A DNA stretch of 64,000 nt from NCBI GenBank assembly GCA_016720635.1, contig JADKKF010000014.1, positions 20,988 through 84,987 of the forward strand. The letters run 5' to 3'. The notes beneath the pieces are model-generated. The model worked only from the letters and a program-made list of their open reading frames with translations. It was not told the origin of the DNA and did not search any database. Positions 39,265 through 49,260 of this stretch are shown in pieces. The position numbers and the translations under genes were made by a program. Source of the stretch: Saprospiraceae bacterium (GTDB lineage: Bacteria > Bacteroidota > Bacteroidia > Chitinophagales > Saprospiraceae). The stretch's first letter is position 1, and the number at the start of each line of letters is the position of its first letter.

Positions 39265-41127
39265 ATGAAACAAAGTAATAAATTATTTTCCCTTCAAATA
39301 TTGATAGCAGGTTTGGTCATATTTTTCGGTCCTACCTATGCTATTAGCCAAGATACTCTAGCGATTGATTCTCCTAAAGATTCAACGCAGCACACACTCA
39401 ACTTGGAGCTGAATCTTGAAGATACACTAGAGGCCACAATTTACTTTCCATTTACATCGAGAATACCTCGGATATGGGCAGATACCTTGCTTGACGAAAA
39501 ATTTCGATCTTATGAAAGAATGGATAAAAGGGATTTAGGATTAATAAACCTAGGGCAACCAGGCAGTTTTGTATTCGATGGTTTTCAAAAATTGGAAAAA
39601 CCCATCTTGAAGAGCCTTGGTGTTGAAGCTTTTCAGGCATATAGAGTCACTCAAATGGATCAGCCATTTCTTATCACGAGGAAGACTTTGATAGATTTGT
39701 ACTTTGTCAGAGGAAGGCAAAAGGACGACAATGACTTTGCTGCTCTTTTTTCAAAAAATATTAATAATAAGTTCCAATTTACTTTCGATTTTAAGCGACT
39801 GAACAATCTAGGTCTTTACACGAATCAAAGGCTTCAGTTGACCAATTTGTTGGCTGGATTAAAGTATTCGTACCAGCGATGGAATGTCTATTTGTCTCAT
39901 TATTCCAACATTCATAATAGCCTTCAGAATGGCGGAATTTCAACAGATACTTTATATCAAGATGGCCTATACAAAGTGAGATTAAATTATCCCATCAAGT
40001 TGAATGCTGCGCGGTCTAGGGTTAGCGAGAGAGGGGCCTCCTTGCTGACGGAATATAGACTGACCAAAGATTCGGCTCAAGTCAGCTTTTCGATTTTTCA
40101 TGAAGGCAAATACGCAGAAGATTATTATAAATTTTGGGACAGTGGTTCACCGCTAGATACAGTTTATTACGGAGTTTTTTTTCCAGGTGACAATCAACTT
40201 CGACAATTTGCCCGATTGGATGAAATCTCTAATAAGATTGGATTTAAACTAAAAAACCAAGGCAAAAGAATGGAGATAAAGGTGGGCGCTCATCAACTCC
40301 ACAAATCGTTGAAAACGGATAATCGCAAATCTACCATATCTGAGATTGGATTATTTGGTTTTGGGACTTTGGACTTTAATAAAATTTTATTTACTACAGC
40401 ACACCAATTCTACCTTTCCCAAGGGAAGTTTATTTTTGATAATTATTCCACGATCGATATTAACCTTAATTTTGCTCGGCTAGAAGCTTCCTATCGCTTG
40501 TCCAAGAGAAATGCTAGCGCCCTAGAGGACCAAATTTTTATCAACGATGGTTGGGCATATGATCAAACTTTGACCCCTGGGATTAGACAGGAGATCATGG
40601 GCAAATTGACCCACCCAAAATCCAAAATATCCTTCGGAGCAAAATTGATTTCCGAACAAAAACCTATCTTCTGGGACAGCCTAGGTCTTCCGATACAATC
40701 CTCCGAAAATGTCAATATTTTGCAATACATCGTGGAGCTACCTCTACATTTTAATAAATTTTATTTCCACAATAAATTGATAGGTCAAACGGGCAATTTG
40801 TCCTACAATCAGCACCCAGATCTTGTCACCAAACATGCCATTTATTATGAGGATCGCCTTTTCAAAAAAGTCATGCAAATGAATACTGGATTTGAATTGG
40901 GTACTTATTATTCAAAATATACCCCAAACTTTTCTCCAGTGACGGGGCAGTTCTACAATTCGAGCATTTCCAAGCCTATCCAGTTTTACAATCTGGACTA
41001 TTTCATGACCTTTAAGGTGAAATTGTTTCGCATTAGTTTTAGATTGGATAACATACAGTCTTTTTGGAATAAAGTGCCGCGTATGCCGATATCAGATATC
41101 CCTACAATGATTTTTCTTATCGGATAG
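39265..41127 (+). CDS. predicted outer-membrane beta-barrel (putative-porin-like) protein, with a C-terminus possibly displaced by a frameshift (alternative end 41153)
   Basis: Signal peptide LIAGLVIFFGPTYAISQ and an aromatic-rich alternating pattern throughout. An adjacent frame from 41073 reads SAAYADIRYPYNDFSYRIGIGWTMTD*. Confidence 0.6.
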   Translation: MKQSNKLFSLQILIAGLVIFFGPTYAISQDTLAIDSPKDSTQHTLNLELNLEDTLEATIYFPFTSRIPRIWADTLLDEKFRSYERMDKRDLGLINLGQPGSFVFDGFQKLEKPILKSLGVEAFQAYRVTQMDQPFLITRKTLIDLYFVRGRQKDDNDFAALFSKNINNKFQFTFDFKRLNNLGLYTNQRLQLTNLLAGLKYSYQRWNVYLSHYSNIHNSLQNGGISTDTLYQDGLYKVRLNYPIKLNAARSRVSERGASLLTEYRLTKDSAQVSFSIFHEGKYAEDYYKFWDSGSPLDTVYYGVFFPGDNQLRQFARLDEISNKIGFKLKNQGKRMEIKVGAHQLHKSLKTDNRKSTISEIGLFGFGTLDFNKILFTTAHQFYLSQGKFIFDNYSTIDINLNFARLEASYRLSKRNASALEDQIFINDGWAYDQTLTPGIRQEIMGKLTHPKSKISFGAKLISEQKPIFWDSLGLPIQSSENVNILQYIVELPLHFNKFYFHNKLIGQTGNLSYNQHPDLVTKHAIYYEDRLFKKVMQMNTGFELGTYYSKYTPNFSPVTGQFYNSSISKPIQFYNLDYFMTFKVKLFRISFRLDNIQSFWNKVPRMPISDIPTMIFLIG

Positions 41128-41165
41128 GCATCGGCTGGACCATGACCGACTAAAACTCTTTGCGT

Positions 41166-41654
41166 ATGATAAAAATCAAAAAATGCGATTTTTCAGATAT
41201 AAAAATCATCAAGAATATTGCTGATAAGACTTGGCGACAAACCTATGCGTCATTCATTGATCCAGAGCAGATCAGTTATATGTATAGCCAATTTTATTCA
41301 CTCGAAGGATTGAAAGATCAAATGGATCACGGAGACACATTTTTACTCGCTCTGGCTGACTCTGATTACTTGGGTTTTTGCTCTTATACCAAATTAGATG
41401 ATTGTATAAAAATCCCAAAACTATATGTCCTCCCATCTGAACAGGCCAAAGGCGTAGGCACAGCCTTGATTGATTTTATCATTGGAATTGCCGTCGAAAC
41501 GGGCAAATCTAGCGTCGAACTGAATGTAAATCGCTTCAATCCAGCGTTTCATTTTTATAGAAAAAAAGGATTTTCAATAAAGAAAATGATCGATATTCCT
41601 TTGGATAAATTTTTGTTGGAGGATTATATCATGCAGTACAATATCTCTCGATAA
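41166..41654 (+). CDS. GNAT-family N-acetyltransferase
   Basis: Acetyl-CoA-binding motif SEQAKGVGTALIDFII and C-terminal FYRKKGF. ATG 41166 is preferred over the TTG at 41160. Confidence 0.8.
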   Translation: MIKIKKCDFSDIKIIKNIADKTWRQTYASFIDPEQISYMYSQFYSLEGLKDQMDHGDTFLLALADSDYLGFCSYTKLDDCIKIPKLYVLPSEQAKGVGTALIDFIIGIAVETGKSSVELNVNRFNPAFHFYRKKGFSIKKMIDIPLDKFLLEDYIMQYNISR

Positions 41655-41657
41655 TCA

Positions 41658-44040
41658 TCATTTGATAGCCACTGAAAAGCCTTCTACTTTGTCCTCGATA
41701 TCAAAATATTTCAAACCCACGATGGTTTTTGACATGTCTGTTCCTTTTATAAAAGGATCGAAATTCGATATCGGAACCACCCAGCTGAAATCCATCGATT
41801 CGGTTTTCGCCTTTATGTCCCCAAAACCATGTAGGAATACGCGCCACTTCTGATTAGCCAATCGGTAGGTGCCTTCTACAGCTCCAAAGTCTAGCCCACT
41901 GCCATTGAAGACGATATTTCTCCTATAAAAAATCGACTTTTCGTGATCGGTAGTCATCCCATCGTCCATATAATAAGCAAAGGTATCACCAGCAAAATCT
42001 GAATTATAGACATGGATTGCGATAAATGAAAAATCAAGTTCGCCTGTGTGCTGGCCGACATTGTTTTGAATGACGAGATTCCCAGCTTTGGCAAATATCG
42101 GCAATTTATCCTTTGGATACTCAAGGAGATATTCGATATTTCCATTCAGTATTTTATCATTGAAAAAGTCATACCAGACACCCACAGGCAGGTATAATTT
42201 GATGAATTCTTTGCCCTCCTTCTATCGGACAAATCAAGAGCGACTGCCCGCAGAAAAATTGGCTATCGTATTTGAAATCAAAGATTTGCCATTCTTTCCA
42301 ATGATCTATCGCCAGGGATCTGATGATAGGTAGCCCACTTCTTGTATATTCATGAAAATGGCTATACATATAGGCCATCAATTGGTAGCGAAGTTTGATA
42401 TAATTCATCCCGATTTCCGTAGCTTCCTCACCATATGACCAAGGCTCGCTGGTCTTCGAATTGATCATAGTATGCATCCTGAAAAGCGGCGTAAATGCCC
42501 CAACTTGAATCCATCGAATGTACAAGTCTGGCCAACAATCTCCGATGAATCCCCCTACGTCATTCCCTGCAAATGCCATACCACCAAGTCCCAAATTGGA
42601 TACCAATTTGGCTCCCAAGAGCAGATGGTCATTGCTAGAACAGTTATCGCCAGTCCATATCGCACAGTATCTTTGAGATCCCGCAAATGCAGCCCTGGTC
42701 AGTACGAAGGGTCGCTCCTGAGGCTTAGATTTCACCAAGCCTTCTTGAGTAGCACGAGTCATTTGCATCCCATATATATTCCTAGCTTCTTTGTGAGACG
42801 CCCCTTGACCTTCATAATGAAATTGGATCAGATCGGGCATCTTTTGACCCCAAGCTGCGGGTTCATTCATATCGTTCCAAAATCCCGTGACCCCCAAATC
42901 CCTCAACTCGGAAACTCTTTGTGCCCACCATTCCCTCGTTTCTTGCTTGGTATAATCTGGAAAATGACACCAACCCGGCCACACTTCTCCCGAATAGGGG
43001 CTTCCGTCAGGGTACATCGCAAATAAGTTATCAGCCAGTGCACTGTCGTATGGCTCATATCCAGCTTCCACCTTTATCCCCGGATCCAATATCACGACGA
43101 CTTTGAATCCTAAAGCTTTCAGCTCTTCTAGCAATTCTTTCGGATGCGAGAATGTTTTTTCATTCCAAGTAAAAACCTTGTAATCTTGCATATAGTGGAT
43201 ATCCAAGTAGATCACGTCCCCAGGTATTCCCTTTTCTCTGAACGTCTTGGCTATCCTCAAAACTTCGGTATCTGGATAATAGCTGTATCGACACTGTTGA
43301 AAGCCCAGACTCCACATCGGGGGCATCTGATGGCGACCCGTCAGTTGGGTATATTGCGTCAGGATCCCAGCAATATTTCCAGTAAAAAAGAAATAATAAT
43401 CCAGCAATCCCTTATCAGCTCTAAAAAAACTGAATCGATCGTTGGAGCAGCCAAAATTAAAGGTCGTCCGCGAACTATTGTCCAAAAATACGCCATAGGG
43501 CATCTCCTCTTTTATCCCCAAATAAAACGGGAGACTCGCATAGATGGGGTCAGATTCAGTTTGGTATCCAAAAAAATCCGTGTTCCAATTCGTAAATTGG
43601 TGACCTCTTTTGTCCAAGTGCTGCGTCTTTTCTCCAAGCCCCAAAAATCGCTCGTGATCGTGTAGCTTTTTATAATTGGTGACTTCATCCCCATCCCAAC
43701 TTATACTAAAACTTGGGTCATCTCCAAGGATTAATTTATCTTCAAGTGTGTAGATATTTAGGCAAAATGGCGATTTCATCACCTGAATTTTGAAAAATGG
43801 GGCTGCCAACCAATCTTCGGTTACACCTTCGGCGAGTACTATTTTAGATAGAGACTGCACCTTCTCGACAGAATAAGATACCTTCTCCCATGACTGCTCT
43901 GGCCTTTTCGCGACTACTCGCAATACACCATTTTCTAGTACACTGAGTCGCACAGATCCGTTGGTACACGTGTATTCTACTATGTTTTGAACTTGTTCAG
44001 ATTTTGTTACATTCCCGATGTTTATCCAGTCTTTTGCCAT
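41658..44040 (-). pseudogene. GH31 alpha-glucosidase split into ORFs 42169..44040 and 41658..42185 by a 1-nt indel
   Basis: GFWNDMNEP (catalytic nucleophile region), WTGDN and FRMH motifs. The 175-aa ORF is the normal GH31 C-terminal beta-sandwich. The junction reads ...CPIEG | KEFIKLYLPVGVWYDFF when the frame is shifted at the CCC run 42214..42216. Confidence 0.85.
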
Positions 44041-44085
44041 TCCTATTCCTTAAAATAATGCGTACAATTAATTTTTATTTTTTTA

Positions 44086-44197
44086 GGGCGTGCCAGAGCT
44101 ACCGCTCTGTCGGTCTATTGCGGGGTTCGCAAAGCTCCGTCTTATCTCTTTTCTTCGAAAAAGAGCCAAGACCAAGCCCTCCATAGACCTCACGCGC
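44086..44197 (+). repeat. GC-rich structured intergenic element, copy C (GGGCGTGCC ... CCTCACGCGC)
   Basis: Hairpins are AGAGC(44095-99)/GCTCT(44104-08) and CTCTTTT(44146-52)/AAAAGAG(44159-65). It shares the T-run + GGGCG 5' end, the CGCGC 3' end and the two-hairpin layout with copies A and B, but its interior is more divergent. Confidence 0.5.
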
Positions 44198-44366
44198 TCA
44201 GTATATTTTGTTCAGATATTCTCCATTTGATTCGAAAAATCATCCAAGATAATCCCCGTCCAAAGGTAAATAAAAAATATTATTGTTAAAGCAAATAAAT
44301 GGTTTGCTGACAAGACTTTTTGGAAAAAAATATGGGGAGCTAAGAAGCCTAGTATGCCGACCTATT

Positions 44367-44924
44367 TTACCATTTGACTGGTACGTTCATATTGTCCTGA
44401 CGTAGCGGCTGATAGGTTCTTTGATAAGATGACCAAGGGGTTGATTTGTGATAATTTCTAGCGAAGTAGCTAAGAATCACCTCGAGACCTCTTGCATCCT
44501 GATATCCAGGAAGGGGCTGGATCATATTTCCTTGTTCATCCAAAAATACCAAAGTAGGGAAGGATAATTGATCGCGAACAAACTCTACAGCCAATTCATG
44601 GTACCCACCATTTCCTTTGGATATGTATTTATAGAGCTTACCGTTGTAAAGTACGGCATTTCTTTGCTCGGCATTGAACTTAATCGGAATATAATAGTCT
44701 TGGATGATTCGCGCTATGATAGGCTGGGAGAAGGTCGTTTTGTCCATGTGCTTACACCACCCACACCAATCGGTGTACATATCGACGATGATCTTTTTCT
44801 TGGTTGATTTCGCCAACGCCAGCCCATCTTCAAAAGACATCCATTTAACCTGGGCTTTTGCACTGGACAAAAACATTGTGACTACGACTACAACCAATAA
44901 GCTCCTGAACAATTTTGCCTTCAT
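44367..44924 (-). CDS. secreted thioredoxin-fold protein (DUF255 / thioredoxin_7-like)
   Basis: Signal peptide LLVVVVVTMFLSSAKAQ and the CxxC motif WCGWCKHMDK. Confidence 0.75.
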   Translation of the reverse strand: MKAKLFRSLLVVVVVTMFLSSAKAQVKWMSFEDGLALAKSTKKKIIVDMYTDWCGWCKHMDKTTFSQPIIARIIQDYYIPIKFNAEQRNAVLYNGKLYKYISKGNGGYHELAVEFVRDQLSFPTLVFLDEQGNMIQPLPGYQDARGLEVILSYFARNYHKSTPWSSYQRTYQPLRQDNMNVPVKW

Positions 44925-45200
44925 AACTACTTTTTCAAAAACTAAAAAAACCTAATTTTCTGTTGGTTTTTGGTTCATTTAATTTTTATTCAAGTGCAAA
45001 GTAATGACATTATATAGAAACGTGCAAGATTTTGGTTACACCTTAACCCATATTTAAAATAATCTTAACAATCTCAACCTATTTTTGAGAAACTTCTTGG
45101 CAAAATGGAATTATTTTTACTGATACTTTTACATTATTTTTGGTCGTTTGTATAATAAATCAGTATATTTCATTCTTTAAACCCTAATAACAATTGTACT

Positions 45201-45956
45201 ATGAAATCTGATTCGAATTTAATCATGCCCTTGGCGATATTTTTTGCTTCCATTATTGCTGCATACATACTTGGCAATGCCATCATGAGATTCAAAAATG
45301 AAGACCGATACATTGCGGTCAAAGGCTTTTCTGAAAAGGAAGTAAAGGCAGATTTGGTGATTTGGACCATTAAAATCAAAATGGCCGACAACGATTTAGT
45401 GAAAGGAAATGCTGATCTCGCCCAAGCAAAGGCAAAGGTTATCAATTTTTTAACCAATAAGGGCATAAAAACCAATGAAATTACCTCAAAAGATATCATG
45501 GTGATAGACAATGAGGCCAATGAAAATTTTGGCAACCACGTAATTCGGGTGCGGTATATCATCGAAGAAACCGTTGAAGTTCGTTCCAATAATGTAGATT
45601 TAGTGCAGGGTATAAGTCGTATGACGAGCGAGTTGTTGAATGCTGGAGTGGCCTTGTCCACGAAAAATGATTGGCAAGGATCTGGTCTTCGATATATATT
45701 TACGAAACTATCCGATATCAAGCCAACCATGATCGTCGAAGCCATCAATAATGCTGAAAAAGCAGCAACCGAATTCGCCAAAGAAAGCAATACTTCTCTT
45801 GGTAAGTTGCGAAGAGCAAGTCAGGGGCTTTTTTCTATACAAGACAGGGATGAATCTCTAGCTGGGGGAGGTGAAGGAGGAGGCTATGACAGCGGTACTT
45901 CTCAGCTATTCAAAAAGGTTCGAGTGGTGATTTCTGCCGACTATTCACTCGATTAA
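45201..45956 (+). CDS. SIMPL-domain (DUF541 / YggE-like) protein
   Basis: An N-terminal TM anchor is followed by RYIAVKGFSEKEVKADLVIW and an overall alternating pattern resembling SIMPL proteins. This assignment is from memory of the family. Confidence 0.5.
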   Translation: MKSDSNLIMPLAIFFASIIAAYILGNAIMRFKNEDRYIAVKGFSEKEVKADLVIWTIKIKMADNDLVKGNADLAQAKAKVINFLTNKGIKTNEITSKDIMVIDNEANENFGNHVIRVRYIIEETVEVRSNNVDLVQGISRMTSELLNAGVALSTKNDWQGSGLRYIFTKLSDIKPTMIVEAINNAEKAATEFAKESNTSLGKLRRASQGLFSIQDRDESLAGGGEGGGYDSGTSQLFKKVRVVISADYSLD

Positions 45957-46042
45957 GAAGCCCCTAAAACTATTTGTAAAGAATCCTAGGTGGCTATATG
46001 AAGTATCTCACATAGAAATATTGTTTTTTTACTGCAAAAAAA

Positions 46043-46074
46043 TTGTTCGATTTTGAAGAAAAAGTTTACCTTTG
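46043..46074 (+). promoter_or_regulatory. candidate promoter (TTG -33, TACCTTTG -7) for the tRNA gene
   Basis: TACCTTTG is at 46067..46074, followed by CA, 19 nt before the tRNA 5' end. A TTG at 46043..46045 lies 21 nt upstream. Confidence 0.45.
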
Positions 46075-46092
46075 CATCCGCTTTGGCTTTTT

Positions 46093-46166
46093 GGCGCGGT
46101 AGCTCAGCTGGTTAGAGCGTATGATTCATAATCATAAGGTCGGCGGTTCAAGCCCGCCTCGCGCTA
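46093..46166 (+). tRNA. tRNA with CAT anticodon (elongator Met, or Ile2 if C34 is lysidinylated)
   Basis: Hand-folded cloverleaf. The acceptor is GGCGCGG/TCGCGCT (G-U pairs at 1-72 and 7-66). The D arm is GCTC-AGCTGGTTA-GAGC. The anticodon stem TATGA/TCATA carries the loop TTCATAA. The T arm is GGCGG-TTCAAGC-CCGCC. No CCA is encoded. The anticodon stem lacks the three G-C pairs expected of an initiator. Confidence 0.85.
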
Positions 46167-46182
46167 CGAAAAAACAAAACTT

Positions 46183-46218
46183 AGGGGTCACATGTCTAGT
46201 ACAAGTGGCCTCTTTTTA
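46183..46218. terminator. hairpin plus T-tract between the tRNA and the convergent helicase gene
   Basis: AGGGGTCAC(46183-91)/GTGGCCTCT(46205-13) forms a 9-bp stem with two G-U pairs. It is followed by TTTTATTT on the plus strand. Confidence 0.4.
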
Positions 46219-49200
46219 TTTGGTTTCATTTAGGTCGTAGTTTTTTATAAAAGTACACCACTCACAATCAATTTTATTGCACATCTTTGAAAAATCCCCA
46301 GACTTTACCTTGGCATCGACTTCAATCAAGATTTGACCCAAATTGGCAACGTCCTCGTCGTTTACTTGTTTTTCGTATTTGGCAAATTTCTCATTTTCTA
46401 ACCTCAAGGACTGCATGATGCCTGTGTATTCTTTGTTTTTGAATCGATGGTCTTGTTCTAGGAGCATTTTGTAAAAGACCAATTGACGACCCTTGTCACC
46501 ACCAGGGTTTTCCAGATCGGTGGGCAGTTTTAAATCTTTAGCTTCTACCTTTCCAGTTTTATAATCCCAGACTTGTACTTGATTTCCATAGATATCGACA
46601 CGATCTACAATCCCAGATATGGCTAATCCCTTCCAGTTTCCTTCTAATTTTAGTTCAGTGTAAAATGCAGGGATATTCCCCCAAGAATTATGATTTTGTT
46701 TATAAAATTCTGCTAAAACAAACAATCCTTGTGCACTAAAATCGTTCATTTGAGCTTTTGTAAACTGGTAGTGCCTTTTATCCATTTGAGCATTGAAAAA
46801 AGCATATAATTCGTCAATGTGAGGAAGGTTTTCGGTAACCTTTAGTTTGTCAAAATAGTCCTGCAACGCCCCATGTATCGCATTTCCATAAGCCAAATGA
46901 GCTTTTAAAGTCATTGGAATACGGAGTATTTTTTCAAAATAAAATTTGTTCGGACATGTCAGATAAGCCTCCAAGGCAGAGTTATTCCATTTGAAAAACT
47001 CCATTTTTTCTCTCAATGTATCGAGATCTATGTGGATACCGTCTTTTACCTTAGGTACATACCTCGTATAGTCAATATATTGTTCGAGTCGATCTATTGC
47101 CACTGCGGGTGATTGGATTTTAGATTCATCCCCTTGGATCAATTCTAGGGCGAACTTTGAAGGGACCAATTCCAATCTCTCTCGATCGCCTTCGGTACTG
47201 CTTTTATGGTAGGAGCATATAAATGATTTTTCCGCTCGGGTTATTGCTACATAGAACAACCTTCTTTCTTCTTCTACGTCTCTATCTTCTTTTTCTCCTT
47301 CGGGTACAAACGGGTTCGTGATGGGATTGATGTATTCTGGTCTGGCTCTTTTGTTCTCCCAATTAGCCTTTTGACTATTGATTAAAAAAACATATTCGTA
47401 CTCAAGCCCTTTAGAGGCAAATACGGTCCGAAGCTGTACTCCTTCTGACTTGTGGATGGCATGCTTCATACTTACATTTAAATCTTTTTCCTTATAAGTT
47501 TCATATAAATTTAAAAAATCCCCCAAAGTGCTAATTCGGCCATTTTCCAGTTCTTTTTTGAGCCAATTGTGCAAGGTGACGATGGCGTTGTATTGAAATA
47601 ATTTGTCTTCTTGACGCAATACATTGCTAAATAATTGGGTATCTCTTAGGATGATATCCAGCATGGTACCTGGAGTATTCGACAAGTTTTGCTCACGCCA
47701 TGACTTGAGCAATTCTATGGCATCCTGGAGGGCCTTTTGTTGATCAGGGTCTATGGATTCTATATTTGAGATTTCTAAGATGGTATTCAAAAGATTAGGG
47801 TAGCTATGTGTCTGCCGGTATTCTCCTTGGAATTTTACAAGAATTTGACCTAGTGTTGGCAAAGAAATGCCTAATTGTGGCAGGTGAAAATATTCGAATA
47901 AACTAAGAGTTATGGACTCAGAAGGTGTGTTGAGATCAAAAGTTATTAACTGGATTAAATTGAATATTTTTTGGATAATGGGCAATTTTAAAATATCGCT
48001 TTCGCTGGCGGTTTCATAGGGGATTTGAGCCCGCTCCATGTATTTTTGGATCCTTTCTACAAATCTATGCTTTGTATATAATATGGCAATTTTTGAAGGA
48101 GAAACGCCTTGGCTGATTAATTTTTTGATTTCGTCAATGATAAAAATTTCTTCACAAAATTCATTTTCAAAACTTAAGACTTGAGGATTTAAACTGAGCT
48201 CCTTGAATTTACCCTCAGCCACTATATCTTTATGAAACTGCTCATCTCGATTGGCAACTCGGTTTTGATTGAAACCAATTACTTGTTTTGCCCCGTCAAG
48301 AATCATCTGTGAGGATCTGTAATTATTTTTTAACACCACACATGTAACCGATTCACTGAACCGCTGGATAAACCACTCAAAATTGCTGATATCAGCTCCC
48401 TGAAAACTAAAAATAGATTGGTCATCATCTCCCACTACAAAGATATTTGGGTTGTCATCTTCGGATGTCAAAAGCTCCAATATTGTCTTTTGAGACCCAT
48501 TGGTGTCTTGAAATTCATCCACCAAAATATATTGAAATTGCTCTTTGCAGTCAAATAAAAAGTCTTCATTTTCGGAAAGCGCGTTGATTACATTTTGGAT
48601 TAAATCCTCGTATTCAAAAAAAAGATTTTCGACTTTTAACTTCTTAAATTCTGGATATAAATCCACCACAGCCATGAAGTTATCGTATTTTTGGATATTT
48701 TTCTGTTCCTCTTTTATTTTATAATCTCCAACTTTATTTCCATTTACATTTTTTTTATAGTACATAGATGGCTCCTGTCTCATCAATGTTTTACTTTTTT
48801 CGATGCTCGATTCGAGATCGGATTTAGTAATATTAGACTTGGAAAGATAATCAAAGACGGATTTTATTTTTTGTAGAGCTTCTGTGCCATATTTTGTATT
48901 TGCATTTTTTGTTAATGGGCTATCGGGACCAAGTTTAACCAATAGCGAATCAATCAATTGAATGATGTCAATTTCTTCTGCAATTTTGATTTCAGTTTTA
49001 GCAAAATATTCTGCATATGCATTCATCAAATAGCTACAAAAGCTGTGAAAAGTATAGATATGAAGCTTTTGAGCGTCGGGGCCTATTAATGCTCTAAGTC
49101 TTTTTCTCATGGCAGTAGCACCAGCTTCCGTGTAGGTCAAACATAGAATGTTGGTAGGCGAAATATCCTGTTGAATTAAAATATTGGCAATCCGAAAACT

Positions 49201-49260
49201 TAGTATTTGGGTTTTACCCGTTCCAGGCCCAGCCAATACCATCACAGGTCCTTCAATCAT
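46216..49260 (-). CDS. UvrD/Rep-family SF1 helicase fused to a C-terminal PD-(D/E)XK (Cas4/AddB-like, Cys-cluster) nuclease domain
   Basis: Helicase motifs AGPGTGKT, DEFQDTN, NYRSSQ and YVAITRAEK. Nuclease block GIVDRVD ... VWDYKTGK. Cys residues are LTCPNKFYF plus CNKIDCEWC. The true N-terminus is probably upstream (see findings). Confidence 0.85.
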   Translation of the reverse strand: MIEGPVMVLAGPGTGKTQILSFRIANILIQQDISPTNILCLTYTEAGATAMRKRLRALIGPDAQKLHIYTFHSFCSYLMNAYAEYFAKTEIKIAEEIDIIQLIDSLLVKLGPDSPLTKNANTKYGTEALQKIKSVFDYLSKSNITKSDLESSIEKSKTLMRQEPSMYYKKNVNGNKVGDYKIKEEQKNIQKYDNFMAVVDLYPEFKKLKVENLFFEYEDLIQNVINALSENEDFLFDCKEQFQYILVDEFQDTNGSQKTILELLTSEDDNPNIFVVGDDDQSIFSFQGADISNFEWFIQRFSESVTCVVLKNNYRSSQMILDGAKQVIGFNQNRVANRDEQFHKDIVAEGKFKELSLNPQVLSFENEFCEEIFIIDEIKKLISQGVSPSKIAILYTKHRFVERIQKYMERAQIPYETASESDILKLPIIQKIFNLIQLITFDLNTPSESITLSLFEYFHLPQLGISLPTLGQILVKFQGEYRQTHSYPNLLNTILEISNIESIDPDQQKALQDAIELLKSWREQNLSNTPGTMLDIILRDTQLFSNVLRQEDKLFQYNAIVTLHNWLKKELENGRISTLGDFLNLYETYKEKDLNVSMKHAIHKSEGVQLRTVFASKGLEYEYVFLINSQKANWENKRARPEYINPITNPFVPEGEKEDRDVEEERRLFYVAITRAEKSFICSYHKSSTEGDRERLELVPSKFALELIQGDESKIQSPAVAIDRLEQYIDYTRYVPKVKDGIHIDLDTLREKMEFFKWNNSALEAYLTCPNKFYFEKILRIPMTLKAHLAYGNAIHGALQDYFDKLKVTENLPHIDELYAFFNAQMDKRHYQFTKAQMNDFSAQGLFVLAEFYKQNHNSWGNIPAFYTELKLEGNWKGLAISGIVDRVDIYGNQVQVWDYKTGKVEAKDLKLPTDLENPGGDKGRQLVFYKMLLEQDHRFKNKEYTGIMQSLRLENEKFAKYEKQVNDEDVANLGQILIEVDAKVKSGDFSKMCNKIDCEWCTFIKNYDLNETK

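Noticed and set aside
42472-43665. ORFs of 184 aa and 173 aa lie antisense within the GH31 gene.
   Set aside because: The opposite strand carries strong GH31 motifs, and these ORFs have no recognisable features.
45170-45790. A 206-aa ORF lies antisense to the SIMPL-domain gene.
   Set aside because: It overlaps a better-supported gene almost entirely. Its product is a low-complexity, Ser/Leu/Ile-rich mirror translation with no motifs.
45957-46215. I considered the tRNA(CAT) as an integration hotspot marking a genomic island.
   Set aside because: There is no integrase or recombinase gene on either side, I saw no direct repeat of the tRNA 3' end, and the neighbours are ordinary chromosomal genes.
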